From the human T2T-CHM13v2.0 reference genome, Homo sapiens, in assembly GCF_009914755.1 (NCBI RefSeq), contig NC_060930.1: a DNA stretch of 64,000 bases. One strand, written 5' to 3'. Numbering within the stretch: the stretch's first letter is position 1; each line of letters starts with the position of its first letter. This document shows positions 42,431 to 55,369 of the stretch, one piece after another. A program made the translations under genes and the position numbers. The notes under the pieces are model-generated. The model saw only the letters and a program-made list of their open reading frames with translations. It was not told where the DNA came from and ran no database searches.

Positions 42431-43194
42431 AACAAATTAGAAGGGCTCATAGTAGCTTTGGCAGGTAGTAAACTGTTTACTCGGAAAGTGAGACTTCAAT
42501 CATTCCTAAGGATTGGCAAAGAGGCAGACAAGCAAAATATGGTAATTCCAAATAAAATGGGTGGAGTGAAATTTTTGCTAAAGTTTCCAGGTTGGCACGT
42601 GCAAACATGTTCGGAGGAATCTCAGTGCAACTGGAGTTGAAAAGTTTCTTTAGATGAAAAAGCTAGCTTGGAGTCCTATAGTTTCTCTAAGAAGTAACAC
42701 TGCTTAAGAGAGTAAGGGAGCATTAAATAATTTTGAGTCTCTAGTGGCCATGATTTAAAAAAAAGTAAAATTTTTCGTATCTTGAAAGTCCCAATATAGA
42801 GAGTAGAGAAAATAAAATAATATCATCAGAAGGTTTTCGAAGTAGTTTAGCACTGATTATGGTAATAAGAATAGGAAGAAAATATATATGATATTAAAAA
42901 ACAATTTTCACTGGTTGGTTGAATCAAAAGTTCTGGTAAAAGAAAGCATAAAGGATGATTTGGAATGTTCAAACTCAGAGTGAAAATAATGCTCCTGTTA
43001 TAAATAATAAGAACTTCTAAAAGTAAACCAGTATTAGGTAGTCGATAGAGAGGTTTGGTTTCTCCTATGTTGAGATTAATATGACTGTGAGATGTCTGAG
43101 TGGAAATACGAAGCAAGTTACTGAAAATGTAGAACTAAATCTGTAAGAGCAGGGCAGAGCTAATGATACTAAGTTTAAAAATTATATCCATAAA

Positions 43195-43946
43195 AGCAAA
43201 ATAAAGTATAAGTTAACACCCACTAAGATGGCTACAAACAAAAAGAGAAAACCAAGTATTGGCAAGCATGTGGGAAAATCTGGATCCCTCCTACATTCCT
43301 GGTGGGAATGTAAAATGGTATGGCCAATCTGGAAAACAGTTTGGAAGTTATTTGCAAAGTTAAACTTGAATTTACCATGTTATCTGGCAATTGTACACTT
43401 AGAAAGCTACCCAAGAAAAATGAAAATGTGTCCACCCAAAGACTTGACTATTCATAGTAGCATTATTCATAATAAACCAAAATTAGAAAATCAAGATATC
43501 CATTAACTAATTAATGGATAAACCAACTATGGTATACTTACATAATGAAATATTATTCAACAAGAAAAAGCAGTAAACTGTCCATACATGGATGAACTTC
43601 AAAAGCATGGTAAGTAAATGAAGCAGAACACAAAAGACTGATTCCACTTATATGTCCTTTATATTATATGTCCATTGTCTGATACCATTTATATTATATG
43701 TCCAAAAAAAGGTAAATTTACAGAAGCCAAAAACAGGGTATTTGTTGCCTTGAATAGTGCGTGGGAGCAGGAATTAACTACCAATGGGCATGGAAGAACT
43801 ATTAGGGGTCATGGAAGTAACCCTTGAAACTGCACGTGGTAACATTTGCACAATTCTATAAATTTACCAAAAACCATTAAATTGTACATTTGCAATGACT
43901 GAATATTATGGTATGTAAATTCTATTTCAGTGAAGCTGTTAAAAAT
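43195..43946 (+). mobile_element. L1ME/MD-like 3' end
   Basis: ctggtgggaatgtaaaatggta...ggaaaacagtttgg...acatggatgaacttcaaaagcat...ttatggtatgtaaattctatttcagtgaagctgttaaaaa. Confidence 0.85.
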
Positions 43947-44065
43947 CATATTTTGGAAATGGCAGTTGAAGTCTAGGAAGTTGTTGTAGCCTCAAAAAAC
44001 AGGAGAAAATAATTGAGAGCCAATAACTAACTTTTGAGGATATTTTTAGTTTTATTCTTGAGGAC

Positions 44066-44420
44066 TGATACGGATAGGCTGTGCCCTCACCCAAATCTCA
44101 ACTTGAATTGTATCTCCCAGAATTCCCACGTGTTGTGGCAGGGACCCAGGGGGAAGTAATTGAATCATGGGGGCTGGTCTTTCCCGTGATAGTCTCCTGA
44201 CAGTGAATAAGTCTCACGAGAATGTGATGGGTTTATCACGGGTTTCTGCTTTTGCTTCTTCCCCATTTTCTCTTGCTGCTGCCATGTAAGAAGTGTCTTT
44301 CGCCTCCCGCCATGATTCTGAGGCCTCCCCAACCATGTGGAACTGTAAGTCCAGTTAAACCTCTTTTTCTTCCCAGTCTCGGGTATGTCTTTGTCAGCAG
44401 CTTTAAAACAGAGTAATACA
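44066..44420 (+). mobile_element. THE1A solo LTR
   Basis: cacccaaatctcaacttgaattgtatctcccagaattcccacg...ctgtaagtccagttaaacctc...gtaataca. TSD aggac (44061-44065) / tggac (44738-44742). Confidence 0.95.
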
Positions 44421-44721
44421 GCCAGGCGCGGTGGCTCACGTCTGTAATCCCAGCACTTTGGGAGGCCGAAGCCGGTGGATTACAAGGTCAGGAGAATAGA
44501 GACCATCCTGGCTAACAAGGTGAAACCCCGTCTCTACTAAAAATACAAAAAATGAGCTGGGCGTGGTGGCGGGCTCCTTAGTCCCAGCTGCTCCGAAAGC
44601 TGAGGCATGAGAATGGCGTGAACCCGGGAGGCGGAGCTTGCAGTGAGCCGAGATCGCGCCACTGCACTCCAGCCTGGGCGACAGAGCGGAAAAAACAACA
44701 ACAACAAAAACAACAACAAAA
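44421..44721 (+). mobile_element. AluY with (CAA)n-type tail, inserted at the THE1A terminus
   Basis: AluY diagnostics. TSD aaaacagagtaataca at 44405-44420 and 44722-44737. Confidence 0.96.
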
Positions 44722-44870
44722 AAAACAGAGTAATACATGGACCAAAGATGAGAAGAGGATGAACTAATTATGAAACCAAAGAGTAGGCTGAGAAGTCAGA
44801 AAACAAAGAAAAAAACTATGAAGTTAAAAATACATATATATAGAACAAGATATTTTAAGAATAATGTTCT

Positions 44871-45174
44871 GGCCAGGCACTGTGGCTCATGCCTATAATC
44901 CCAGCGCTTTGGTAGGCTGAGGTAGGCGGATCACTTGAGGTCGGGAGTTTGAGAACAACCTGGCCAACATGGTGAAACCTCATCTGAAACCTCATCTCTA
45001 CTAAAAATATAAAAATTAGCTGGGTGTTGTGGCGCACTTCTGTAATCCCAGCTACTTGGGAGGCTAAGGCAGGAAAATCACTTGAACCCCGGAGGCAGAG
45101 GTTGCAGGGAGCCAAGATTGTGCCACCACACTCCAGCTTGGGCGACAGAGTGAGACTCCATCAAAAAAAAAAAA
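44871..45174 (+). mobile_element. AluSx/Sz with internal 12-bp tandem duplication
   Basis: tgaaacctcatc x2 at 44973-44996. TSD aataatgttct at 44860-44870 and 45179-45189. Confidence 0.95.
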
Positions 45175-45714
45175 GTATAATAATGTTCTGTCCAACAACA
45201 CTAAGTAATTCAGAAGAATCGAGTAACATGGGAACTTAGGAAAACACATAGGCTTTGGCAATTAGAATGTAAGTGATGAATTTCAACTTAAGAAGCTAGA
45301 AAAATAAAGATAAAAGCAAAAGAAAATGAAAAAGGAAAAATGTAGAGTGATAAATTCAGAAGCTAGTTCTCAGAAAAAAAGCAACATATATTTTTTAAAA
45401 ACTAAATATATCAAATTTATAGCCAAAGGGAAAAAGGAAAACAATGCAACCATATACCCGAGAAATGATAAAGTATCCCCAATTATTCTAATAAAATATA
45501 AAATTACTATTCTAAAAAGTGTAAAATCTCAAAGATACAACAGTTAATTTTCCAAAAAAAATACAAATTTTCAAAGTTGACTCCAGACCTGTAACAAAGT
45601 CATAAATAGACAATTATCATATAAAATGGGGAAGCCATTTTTAATTGCCTCTAAGAACATTATGGGCCATGGCCATTCCTCTAGAATATTTTACCAACCC
45701 ACCGTTACCTCACA

Positions 45715-45890
45715 CTAAGATACTGTGTGATTTTGAGCCATTTACTTAACTTCTTCAAGCCTCAATTTACTCATTTTTAAAATGAAGATACTTAATTTAG
45801 AGGCAAGGTGGTAGGATCAGTAGGTCAACTTGTGGGTTTTATTCATAGTTAACAATGAATAAAAATAAATTTCCATCATTTTATTATCAT
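45715..45890 (+). mobile_element. MIR SINE
   Basis: ctgtgtgattttgagccatttacttaacttcttcaagcctcaatttactcatttttaaaatgaagata. Confidence 0.8.
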
Positions 45891-46012
45891 TTCTGTACTT
45901 AATTAGTGCATAGAGTATTGATCTAGAATATACTATCTGGCTTCAAAATATGCTACAAAGCTATAGCAGACAAAACAGCATGACACTGGAATAAAAATAG
46001 ACATATAGACTG

Positions 46013-46310
46013 GGCCAGGTGCAGTGATTCCTGCCTGTAATCCCAGCACTTTGGGAGGTTGGGGTGGGCAGATCACGAGGTCAGGAGATCGAGACCATCC
46101 CAGCTAACACGGTGAAACACTGTCGCTACTAAAAATATAAAAAATTAGCTGGGTGTGGTAGTGCACACCTGTCTTCCCAGCTACTCAGGAGGCTAATGCA
46201 GGAAAATCGCTTGAACCTGGGAGGTGGAGGTTGCAGTGAGCCCAGACCACCCACTGCACTCCAGCCTGGGTGACAGATTGAGACTCCATCTAAAAAAAAA
46301 AAAAAAAAAA
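46013..46310 (+). mobile_element. AluSc-like, full length
   Basis: gatcacgaggtcaggagatcgagaccatcc with an S-type right arm. TSD agac(at/cc)atagac at 45999-46010 and 46311-46322. Confidence 0.95.
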
Positions 46311-46382
46311 AGACCCATAGACCATAAGAACACAACAGAGAGCCCAGAAATAAGTCCACACATTTACAGCAAAGTGATTTTC

Positions 46383-46764
46383 TTTTTTTTTTTTAACTAT
46401 TTTTTATTTAACTTTAAGTTCCAGGACACGTGTGCAGAACAAGCAGGTTTGTTATATAGGCAAACGTGCACCATGGTGGTTTGCTGCACATATCAAACCA
46501 TCACGTAGGTATTAAGCCCCACAGGCATTAACTATTTGTCCTGATGCTCTCCCTCCCCTCGCGAGCACTTCCCCCTGACAAACAGGCCCTGGTGTGTATT
46601 GTTCCCCTCCCTGTGTCCATGTGTTCTCATTGTTCAGCGCCCACTTATGAGTGAAAACATGTGGTGTTTGGTTTTCTGTTCCTGTGTTAGTTTGCTGAGG
46701 ATGATAGCTTCCAGCTTCATCCATGTCCCTACAAAGGACATGATCTTATTTCTTTTTATGACTG
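46383..46764 (-). mobile_element. L1PA8-11-like 3' end
   Basis: actttaagttccaggacacgtgtgcagaac...taggtattaagcccc...ttgtcctgatgctctccc. TSD tgatt(t/g)tc at 46375-46382 and 46763-46770. Confidence 0.92.
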
Positions 46765-47217
46765 ATTGTCAACAACGATGCCAAGAACACACAATGAGGA
46801 AAGGACAGTCTCTTTAATAAATGGTGCAGGAAAAAATTGTATATCCATATGTAAAAGAATAAAATTAGGTATCTATATCTCACCATATGCAAAAATAGAC
46901 TAAAGACTTAAATGTAAGACCTGAAACTATGAAACTACTAAAATAAAATATTGGGGAAATGCTTCAAGAATTTGTCTAAACAGTCTTCTTGAGTAAGATC
47001 TCAAAAGCACAGACAGCAAAAACAAAAATAGACAAATAGGATTACATCAAGCTAAAATGTTTCTGCACAGCAAAGGAAACAATCAATATGTTAAAAAAAA
47101 ACCCACAGAATGGAAAAAATGCTTGCAACCTACCCATTCTATAAGGGGTTAATAACCGGAATACAACTCAACAGCAATAAAAAATAATAGTAATAACCTA
47201 ATAAATATATGGGCAAA

Positions 47218-47800
47218 TAGCACTATTCACAATTGCAAAGACATCGAATTAACCCAAATGCCCAAAAATGATAGACCGGATAAAGAAAATGTAATACATA
47301 TACACCACGGAATACTATGCTGCCATAAAAAGGAACGAGATCATGTCCTTTGTAGGGATATGGATAGAGCTGGAAGCCATTATCCTTAGCAAACTAACAA
47401 AGGAACAGTAACCCAAACACCCCATGTTCTCACTTATAAGTGGGAGCCAAACAATGAGAACACATGGACACAAGGAGGGGAACAACACACACTGGGGCAT
47501 GTTGGGGTGCCTGGGGTAGGGAGAGCATCAGGATAAACAGCTAATGCAAACAGGGCTTAATACCTAGGTGATGGGTTGATAGGTGCAGCAAATTACCATG
47601 GCACACATTTACCTATGTAACAAACCTCTATATCCTGCACATGTATCCGAGAACTTAAAATTAAATTATTTTTTTCAAAAAGCATTATTCATATCTCCAC
47701 TATCTCACTTTGACTATGTGCAAAAAATGCAAGGACTTATTTTGTATACTATTACAATTTCCCCACATAAATAAGCTTTTTAAAATAATAATAAAATAAA
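47218..47800 (+). mobile_element. L1PA13-like 3' end plus extra non-L1 segment and A-rich tail
   Basis: L1PA at 47218-47665 (gagagcatcaggataaacagctaatgc...gggcttaatacctaggtgatgggttgatagg), unique sequence at 47666-47781, A-rich tail at 47782-47800. TSD atatg(g/a)gcaaa. Confidence 0.92.
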
Positions 47801-50184
47801 ATATGAGCAAAGGATCAGAATAGATGTTTCTCAGAAGAAGATATAGAAATGGACAGCAGGTATAAGAATAAATGCTGAACATCAATAATCATCCCAGAAA
47901 TGCAAATTAAAACTACAATGAGATATTATTTCTTGTCAGTTAAAATGGCTATTATCTTAAAAAAATCACAATAATAATAACAGATATTGGCAAGGATGCA
48001 GAGAAAGGAGAATGCTCATACACTACTGGTGAGAATATAAATTAGTATAGCCACTATGGAAAAGAGCATAGTGATGTCTCAAAAAACTGAAGCTAGAAGT
48101 ACCATATGCTCTAGCAATCTTGCTGCTGGGTATTTATCCAAAAGAAAGAAAATCAGTGTATCAAAGAGATACTGCATTCTCATGTTTATTAAGCCTTGTC
48201 TACAATAGCAAAGATATGGAATCAACTTAAGTGCCCATCAACAGTTGAATAGATAAAGAAAATGTGGTATATACACACAATGGAATATTATTAAGCCATA
48301 AAAAAGAATGAACTTTTGTCCATTTGCAGGTACATAGACGGAATTGGAGAACATTATTTTAAGTGAAATGAGCCAGTCACAGAAATAAAAATATTACATG
48401 TTTTTACCCAAATATGTGAGCTAAAAAGTTGATCTCAGGGAGGTAGACAGTAGAATGGCTATTACAAAAGGCTAGAAAGGGTAGGCGGGTGGGTAAAAAG
48501 AGAGGTTGGCTAATGGATACAAAAACACAATTAGAAAGAATAAGTATTAGTGTTCAATAGCGTAGCAGGGTGACTATAGCTAACAACAGTTTATTATATA
48601 TTTCAAATTGGCTGGAAGAAGATTTGGGATGTTTCTAGCAAAAGTAAATGATAAATGTTTGAGGTGATGACTATCCCAATTATTTTGACTTGATCACTTT
48701 ACATTGTACATATGTATCAAATTATCACATATACCCAAGAAATATGTACAATTATTATGTATCAATAAAAATAATTAACACAAGAAGAAATGGTAATTAG
48801 ATTAAATCATATTTTTCACATTCCAAATTTCTCCTGATAGTCACTATGCAAACCTTGGCATCTGTTCTTGTTCATTTAGAATAAAACAAAAATATTAAGT
48901 ACATGTGAGCTTTATGATAAAGTTGTTCCTGAAAACTTTCTTAAAAAATAATTGTTATGAACTTTATACTTCAATCTGTCATGTATGTTAAAGAACCTTG
49001 CTGTCTGAATAAATCTGAGCACAAGCTACAGCCTGATGGGTAAAGAGTCATCAGGTTTGCCAATCAATTACTCTTAAACATTTCAGGGAAAATTGTGTTT
49101 GTGTGTGTCTGTGTGTGGGTAGATAAGAAAATAGAAAATGATATAACAAATATGATAAAATGTTTACAGTAGGGAATCTTAATTAAAGCATATACAAGAA
49201 TTCTTTGCAACTTTTCTGCAAATCTAAAAAATAAATTAGCCCCTATGTACCTATTACATAAAACTAGATTTTTTATATATTGCCTTTCTCTCAAAAATGT
49301 GTGGTACAATTATCTTAAGTATCAAAAAAAGTCAGACACAGAAGTATTCTGAATTTAGAGTTAAGCCCAGTATTGGCTAAACTATTGGGGTTTTATTGCC
49401 AAAGACCAGAAGTTCTGGGGAAATAATTAGCCTTGCACCCTCACATGTGAGTCCTTGCAGAAACCCTAGAGGCCATCTGTGAGTCAGATGCTCTCTGGGT
49501 CTAATTCCCTATGGTAGAATAGAAGCTTCAGAGAGTGGTCCAAAGAAAAATCTTTGTGTGTCTCCATACATCCTAAAATGTCCACAGTATGTTTGCTTTT
49601 TAGAATCTCAAATGGGAAATTCAAAACAGCTGGAGATTAAGTCTGACAAGAGGGCCACAATCTTGATGCTTTTTCTTTCTTTTCTCTTGCTTTCTTTAGC
49701 TTAAGTGTAGTCTAAATCCCACCACTCCATTGTATTAATGTTTATACTATTTTCATTGTTTTTAATGCATCAATTTATCTTTTTTCCCCTTTCCTCAAAA
49801 TGAAGCTAAGTTTGAAAATCAAACCAGAATCAATAAAGATGTCAATGCTATCAAATACAGAAGGGAAGAGAGGGGAAGAAGATAAAATTTGATAACACTT
49901 ATAAATAGCAAGGAGTGGGAAAATAGCAGAGAAATAAGAAAGAGAGATAAATTATGTCTGTCTTATCACATCCTTTCATCTTCCATATGTTGTATATCAC
50001 CTCTAGCAATTTACTACACACCAGCTCCAAGACAGTGGGAAGCAAAGGATTTCCTTAGATACCGCAGCTCTGCACTGGTTCTCACCTCTCTTTTGTGGGC
50101 CTACATTTAGAAAAACAGAAACACTCACAGCAATCAAAAGTTCACATTGGACTGCTTGTTCCTCCTCCAGGACTCATTTCAAGG

Positions 50185-50188
<4 letters not shown>

Positions 50189-50220
<32 letters not shown>
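50189..50220 (+). repeat. Pure T32 homopolymer
   Basis: Read directly. Confidence 0.97.
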
Positions 50221-50222
<2 letters not shown>

Positions 50223-50458
50223 CTATGGAAGTGTTTTAGCATTAATTTTATCATGGTTTCTTTCACACTCCCTTACTAAGGTACTAAAAAAGGGAATTCA
50301 CAGAAATACATGGGGTGCCATTGGCGACATTTGCACAAGTGTTAAAAGAAATGAATATGATAATGGATTTCAGACAAAGTTCTTCAACTTACTTAGTTCA
50401 CTGGGTGTTACAGATTAGTCATAGTCCAAGTATGTCAAATAAAAATATTCTAATTTTT

Positions 50459-51197
<739 letters not shown>

Positions 51198-51543
51198 AAG
51201 ATGTGTACGTGTTGTATTTAATTTAATATCGTTGAATACAGTTTTCATTAATTATAAATTTTATAGCATAAAAGTGCTGACCAGGACATACTAGTCCTGC
51301 ACATGTGGATTAAGCTGTTTGGCCAGACGTGTGTCCCTCTAAAAATGTATGTTCTCAATTCTGGAGAGTAAGTCTGAGGCATGCTTGCCATATAATTGAC
51401 AATTTGTAGTGAGTCTGAGGGATTCAATCACAAAGAACATTATGAGTCAAGGACAACAGAAAATATGTTAAAAACAAAATGAACTGCTGTAATTAAGGCT
51501 TTAAAAAAATCAAGATCAGTGAATACTTCTCAGGCAGGATAAG

Positions 51544-51924
51544 TTTATTAGTCAACTCACAATGCCATAACAAAATATCATAGACTGTGTAGATTAAACT
51601 ACAGAAATTTATTTTCTCACAGCTCTGGAGACTAGAAGCCCAAGATTAAAGATCCAATATGGTAAGATTGTGGTGAGGGCTCTCTGTGTGAGAGAGCCAC
51701 CTTCTCCCTGTGTGCTTACATGATGGGGTGTGAATAAGTGAGAGAGAGCAAAAGCTCTCAGGTATTTCTTCTTATATAGACAATAATCCCATCAAGATGG
51801 CCCAACTTTCAGGACCTCATTTAAACTAATTTTCTCCTAAATATTCCATCTCCAAATACCAGCACATTGGAGGTGAAGTCTTAAACATATAAATTCCAGG
51901 GAAGACACAATTCAGTCCATAGCA
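51544..51924 (-). mobile_element. MLT1A0-like MaLR solo LTR
   Basis: tgccataacaaaatatcatagactg...acagaaatttattttctcacagctctggag...gacacaattcagtccatagca. Confidence 0.9.
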
Positions 51925-51929
51925 AGAAA

Positions 51930-52620
51930 TTGGAATTAACTGTGTTTGGCTGGCACATTACACTGCTGAATTATTTTGAACACAGTGGAATCTGGAAAAC
52001 CCAAGTCTTTTCCCATTTTGCTGCTGTTACACCTCTCCCTCTCATCCTTTATTTGGGCAGTTGGCTGGGTGTTACTACTATAGATCACTAGAATAATCAA
52101 CATTCACTTTTATCTTTTTGTATCTTACCAGTTAGTCCAGGATTTTCATACCATTGAAATCCTGGATGGGTGAATTCTTCTAGCTTTTTATTATATTCAA
52201 ATTGAATAAAGCTGGCTTTTCATATGTTCATCTGTGTCAATAACTAGAATAACAAATAGAAAAGGGAAGAGGGAAGTCCCTCCCCATGGACCTTTTATTG
52301 TATATTATAAAACCCCATTATTGATGTCTTTGGGGTTCTCTCATTTAATAAGCCATGAGTCTAACAAGCTGTAACAATATACATTTTATATTTTATCTTG
52401 TCCAGAAGAAAATCGCCAAGTATCTTGTAAACTGCCTCCAAAATTCCAAGTACACTATATTTCATTTTTTCAACCTCTCATTTCAGTAACCCTAACAAAA
52501 ACTTGAAAAGAGATAGACTGACACATTTTTCCTCAGTAAATTCATGCTGATTCCTTTCGATAGGTACTTTTTCTTTCTAACTCTGTGACTATTTCCTAAT
52601 CAAACTCTAGTCTACAATGG
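51930..52620 (-). mobile_element. L3/CR1 LINE fragment
   Basis: tcttgtccagaagaaaatcgc...cttgtaaactgcc...agtacactat...gtaaccctaacaaaa...cagtaaattcatgctgattcct resembles the reverse L3 RT region. Confidence 0.65.
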
Positions 52621-55369
52621 CATTTAGTTTACTTGGAATATCTACAACATTTAGATTTTAGTGAAGGGTCCTGTGATGGAAATGTTGCTTATATATTCTT
52701 TTTCTATTCTAGATTTAATTTATTTAAATATTTCCATAACAAAATTTTGCATAATGTTGTAGAATTCACTCATTACATAAACAGTTTTAAGGATTTCTCT
52801 TCTCTTACTAACACTGGAATGAGCACATGAGAAGCTCTCCAAAGTGCTTATTAAAAGAACAAGTAAACAGCATTCTCTTATGAAGCAGCCTTAGGGGGGC
52901 CAGTTCATAGTTATTGAAGAAACAACAAGTGAAGACATTTTGAATAACAGTTATAGGTATTCAGGGAGGCTATAGTATTTTCATTCTTTTACCTTTTTTA
53001 AAATTTCTTTTCCATTTAAGATTTTGTGAAAAAGCCTAATTCTGAAAATGTAGATATTTGCAAATCATTGATTCCTAGTTATAAATGCATAACCCAATTA
53101 CATTCCATTCAAAAGTAATGCCAAAGGAAAAAATGCAGGATTTTAAAGTTTAAAAGTAAAATAATTATGCTCAACACACATATTCAATAAAGAAGAAACT
53201 ATAAATCCAAATGGATGTATTTTTTATTTGTCTGGTCTCCATTAGATGTTACTATTGTGAATGTTGTGGAATTCACTCATTTCATAAACATTTCTAAGGA
53301 CTTATCTTTATGTGAGACAATAACTTTCCTTAAAGTTACCCAGAAACTGGACGTTCTCCCTCCTGCTGGGTTTAACCTACCATTTAAATTTCCATTAAAA
53401 AGGCTTAAACTCAATTCATTAATTTCTCAGAGGATTTTTAAGTTGCTTACATTTTCTCCTAGTTACCTCTTGCTTCTTTTTTGTGTGTCAGTCAAACGTT
53501 TAGTTTTACTTCATGGTTCTCCTCTTCTACATTACTGCAAATCACATTCAACATTCTCCTAGCTATTTTCATTTCTCCAAAGTGTGGCTAACACAGGCTG
53601 TGTATCTACAGAGCCTATTTTTACTGAAGAGTTTTGGCAACTAAGTGTGATAATTACACTACATAATACAATAAAACTTTAAAATTGGTTAAAATTAGTT
53701 ATTAGGTACTATTCTCTTACATTCTACTATGCATTTCCTGCCAGGAGTAATTTCTCATTGATCAAGGCCTCCTTTGACCCAAGTTTCTATGTTCTTCTGC
53801 TATGTCTTTCTATGTTATTGTCCTGTTCCAGGCAGCCTCCAACTTACTATTACAGTTATTTTCTCATGCAGAGCAGTTCACTTCTCCATCCTGTACCCCA
53901 AATACTGTTGAGGTTCATGTTTGCATACTCAGGGATTCAAGAAGATGAATTTCTAAACAAACAATTGTCAACTTTAAATTTCCCCCATTTAACAACAAGG
54001 CTCCTGAGGATTCTTTGCTTAATTTTTATATTCTAAGAAAAGTTTCCCTCAAGCTGCTGCAGCAAGAACTCATATGTTCTGAATTTTATTTTTCTTTCTC
54101 ATACATCAATAAAACACCCTGATAGCATAGAATTATTCTCCAATCAATGAAACTCCACTTAATAGAGTTGACAAACTCTATTAATTGCTCAGCCCTGTTA
54201 CCAATATGGTGAGACTGCACAGAGCACAGATTTAAAAGTGCAACTCTTCTGTCACTTTATATAAATCACTTGATCACTTGGTGAAGGTAGGGGCTTATGA
54301 ACCCAGAGTTTGAAAATAAGCAGAAAGAAAGTAAAAGAGTCTTTTCTCCCCTTAGGGGAAGAAAATCCACCAGCTTAATCTCTAGTCAAGAAAGGAACAT
54401 GATTCTCTTTTCTCTCTGTGGACCTATGTTGATACTTGGACTTAGGGTGACAATGTTTCCTGGGCCTCTAGAATTATGCCTGAGTATGAAGTTGCGCAGG
54501 CATCCATTTACATTTCTTTAGAAGACTTTTTAACTCTGTAGCTCTAACAACTGCTTTTGAGCAAAGGGAAATTAGGCAACTTTGAAGATCAAAGTCTTGC
54601 ATTTTTTTGCTTCTTCCTTACTATTGCTATACTATCTGAAGCCGACACGGCCTCATGTTACAGCATGATACACCATATGTGTTTAAAGGTGGGGAACAAA
54701 ATCAGCCTTAAGGAACTGACAGTAACCTTCAATATATCAATTTGTGTACCATCATTGATTTTCTCTCTCTTTTTCTTCAAGAGCCAGAAGGTGGCATCTT
54801 ACTACTTATTTGTAATATTTAGATTAATTTCATTAATCTATGTTATGCTTAGATTGAGGATTTTAACTTTTTACATTAAGTATAGGATTAAGTACAGCAA
54901 ATTAATCCTCTGGACAAAAATAAAAGATCCAAAGCAAAAAATATAAAAAGGTAATAAGGGACTATCCTTTCCATCATGAGATCCACAGAGCAGATCACAT
55001 TAGTCTTAAAATGATTATGACCTACATATGTTTATCGAGACATTTTAGTGATCCTGAAATATTCAAATAGTAGTAAGACTATTAAAATAGGAAGTTAAGA
55101 AAAAACATAAATTATCTTTCAAATTACTCTGACTTGGGCTTAAACTTCAGAGATCTGGAAATGTGGAGAAATGCAAATACATGTGCAGAAATGCCCTCAA
55201 ACAAGAAGGCCTAGGTATATTTTTTCCTCTAGCTACCCTATGATTTTGTTCATTGTGACTTCTTGATCAAAATGTTAGTGAAATTGAGAAATAGCAAATA
55301 GTAATAATAACTGAAGTATTTAGTAATACATTTATTTCCTCTTTCTATAATTTTTTGCACCTTTATATA

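Larger units (their letters stand above)
45925..48775 (+). mobile_element. L1MA3/4-like ORF2 end plus 3' UTR, host to three younger insertions
   Basis: Continuous L1MA sequence once the inserts are removed. Ends gataaatgtttgaggtgatg...tatgtacaattattatgtatcaataaaa. Confidence 0.9.

Noticed and set aside
54557-54946. 129-aa hydrophobic ORF (also 53215..53562 and 50095..50418)
   Set aside because: 54557 starts at TTG and 50095 at GTG. The F/L/I richness follows from T-rich DNA, and 50095..50418 reads through the T32 run. No recognisable family.
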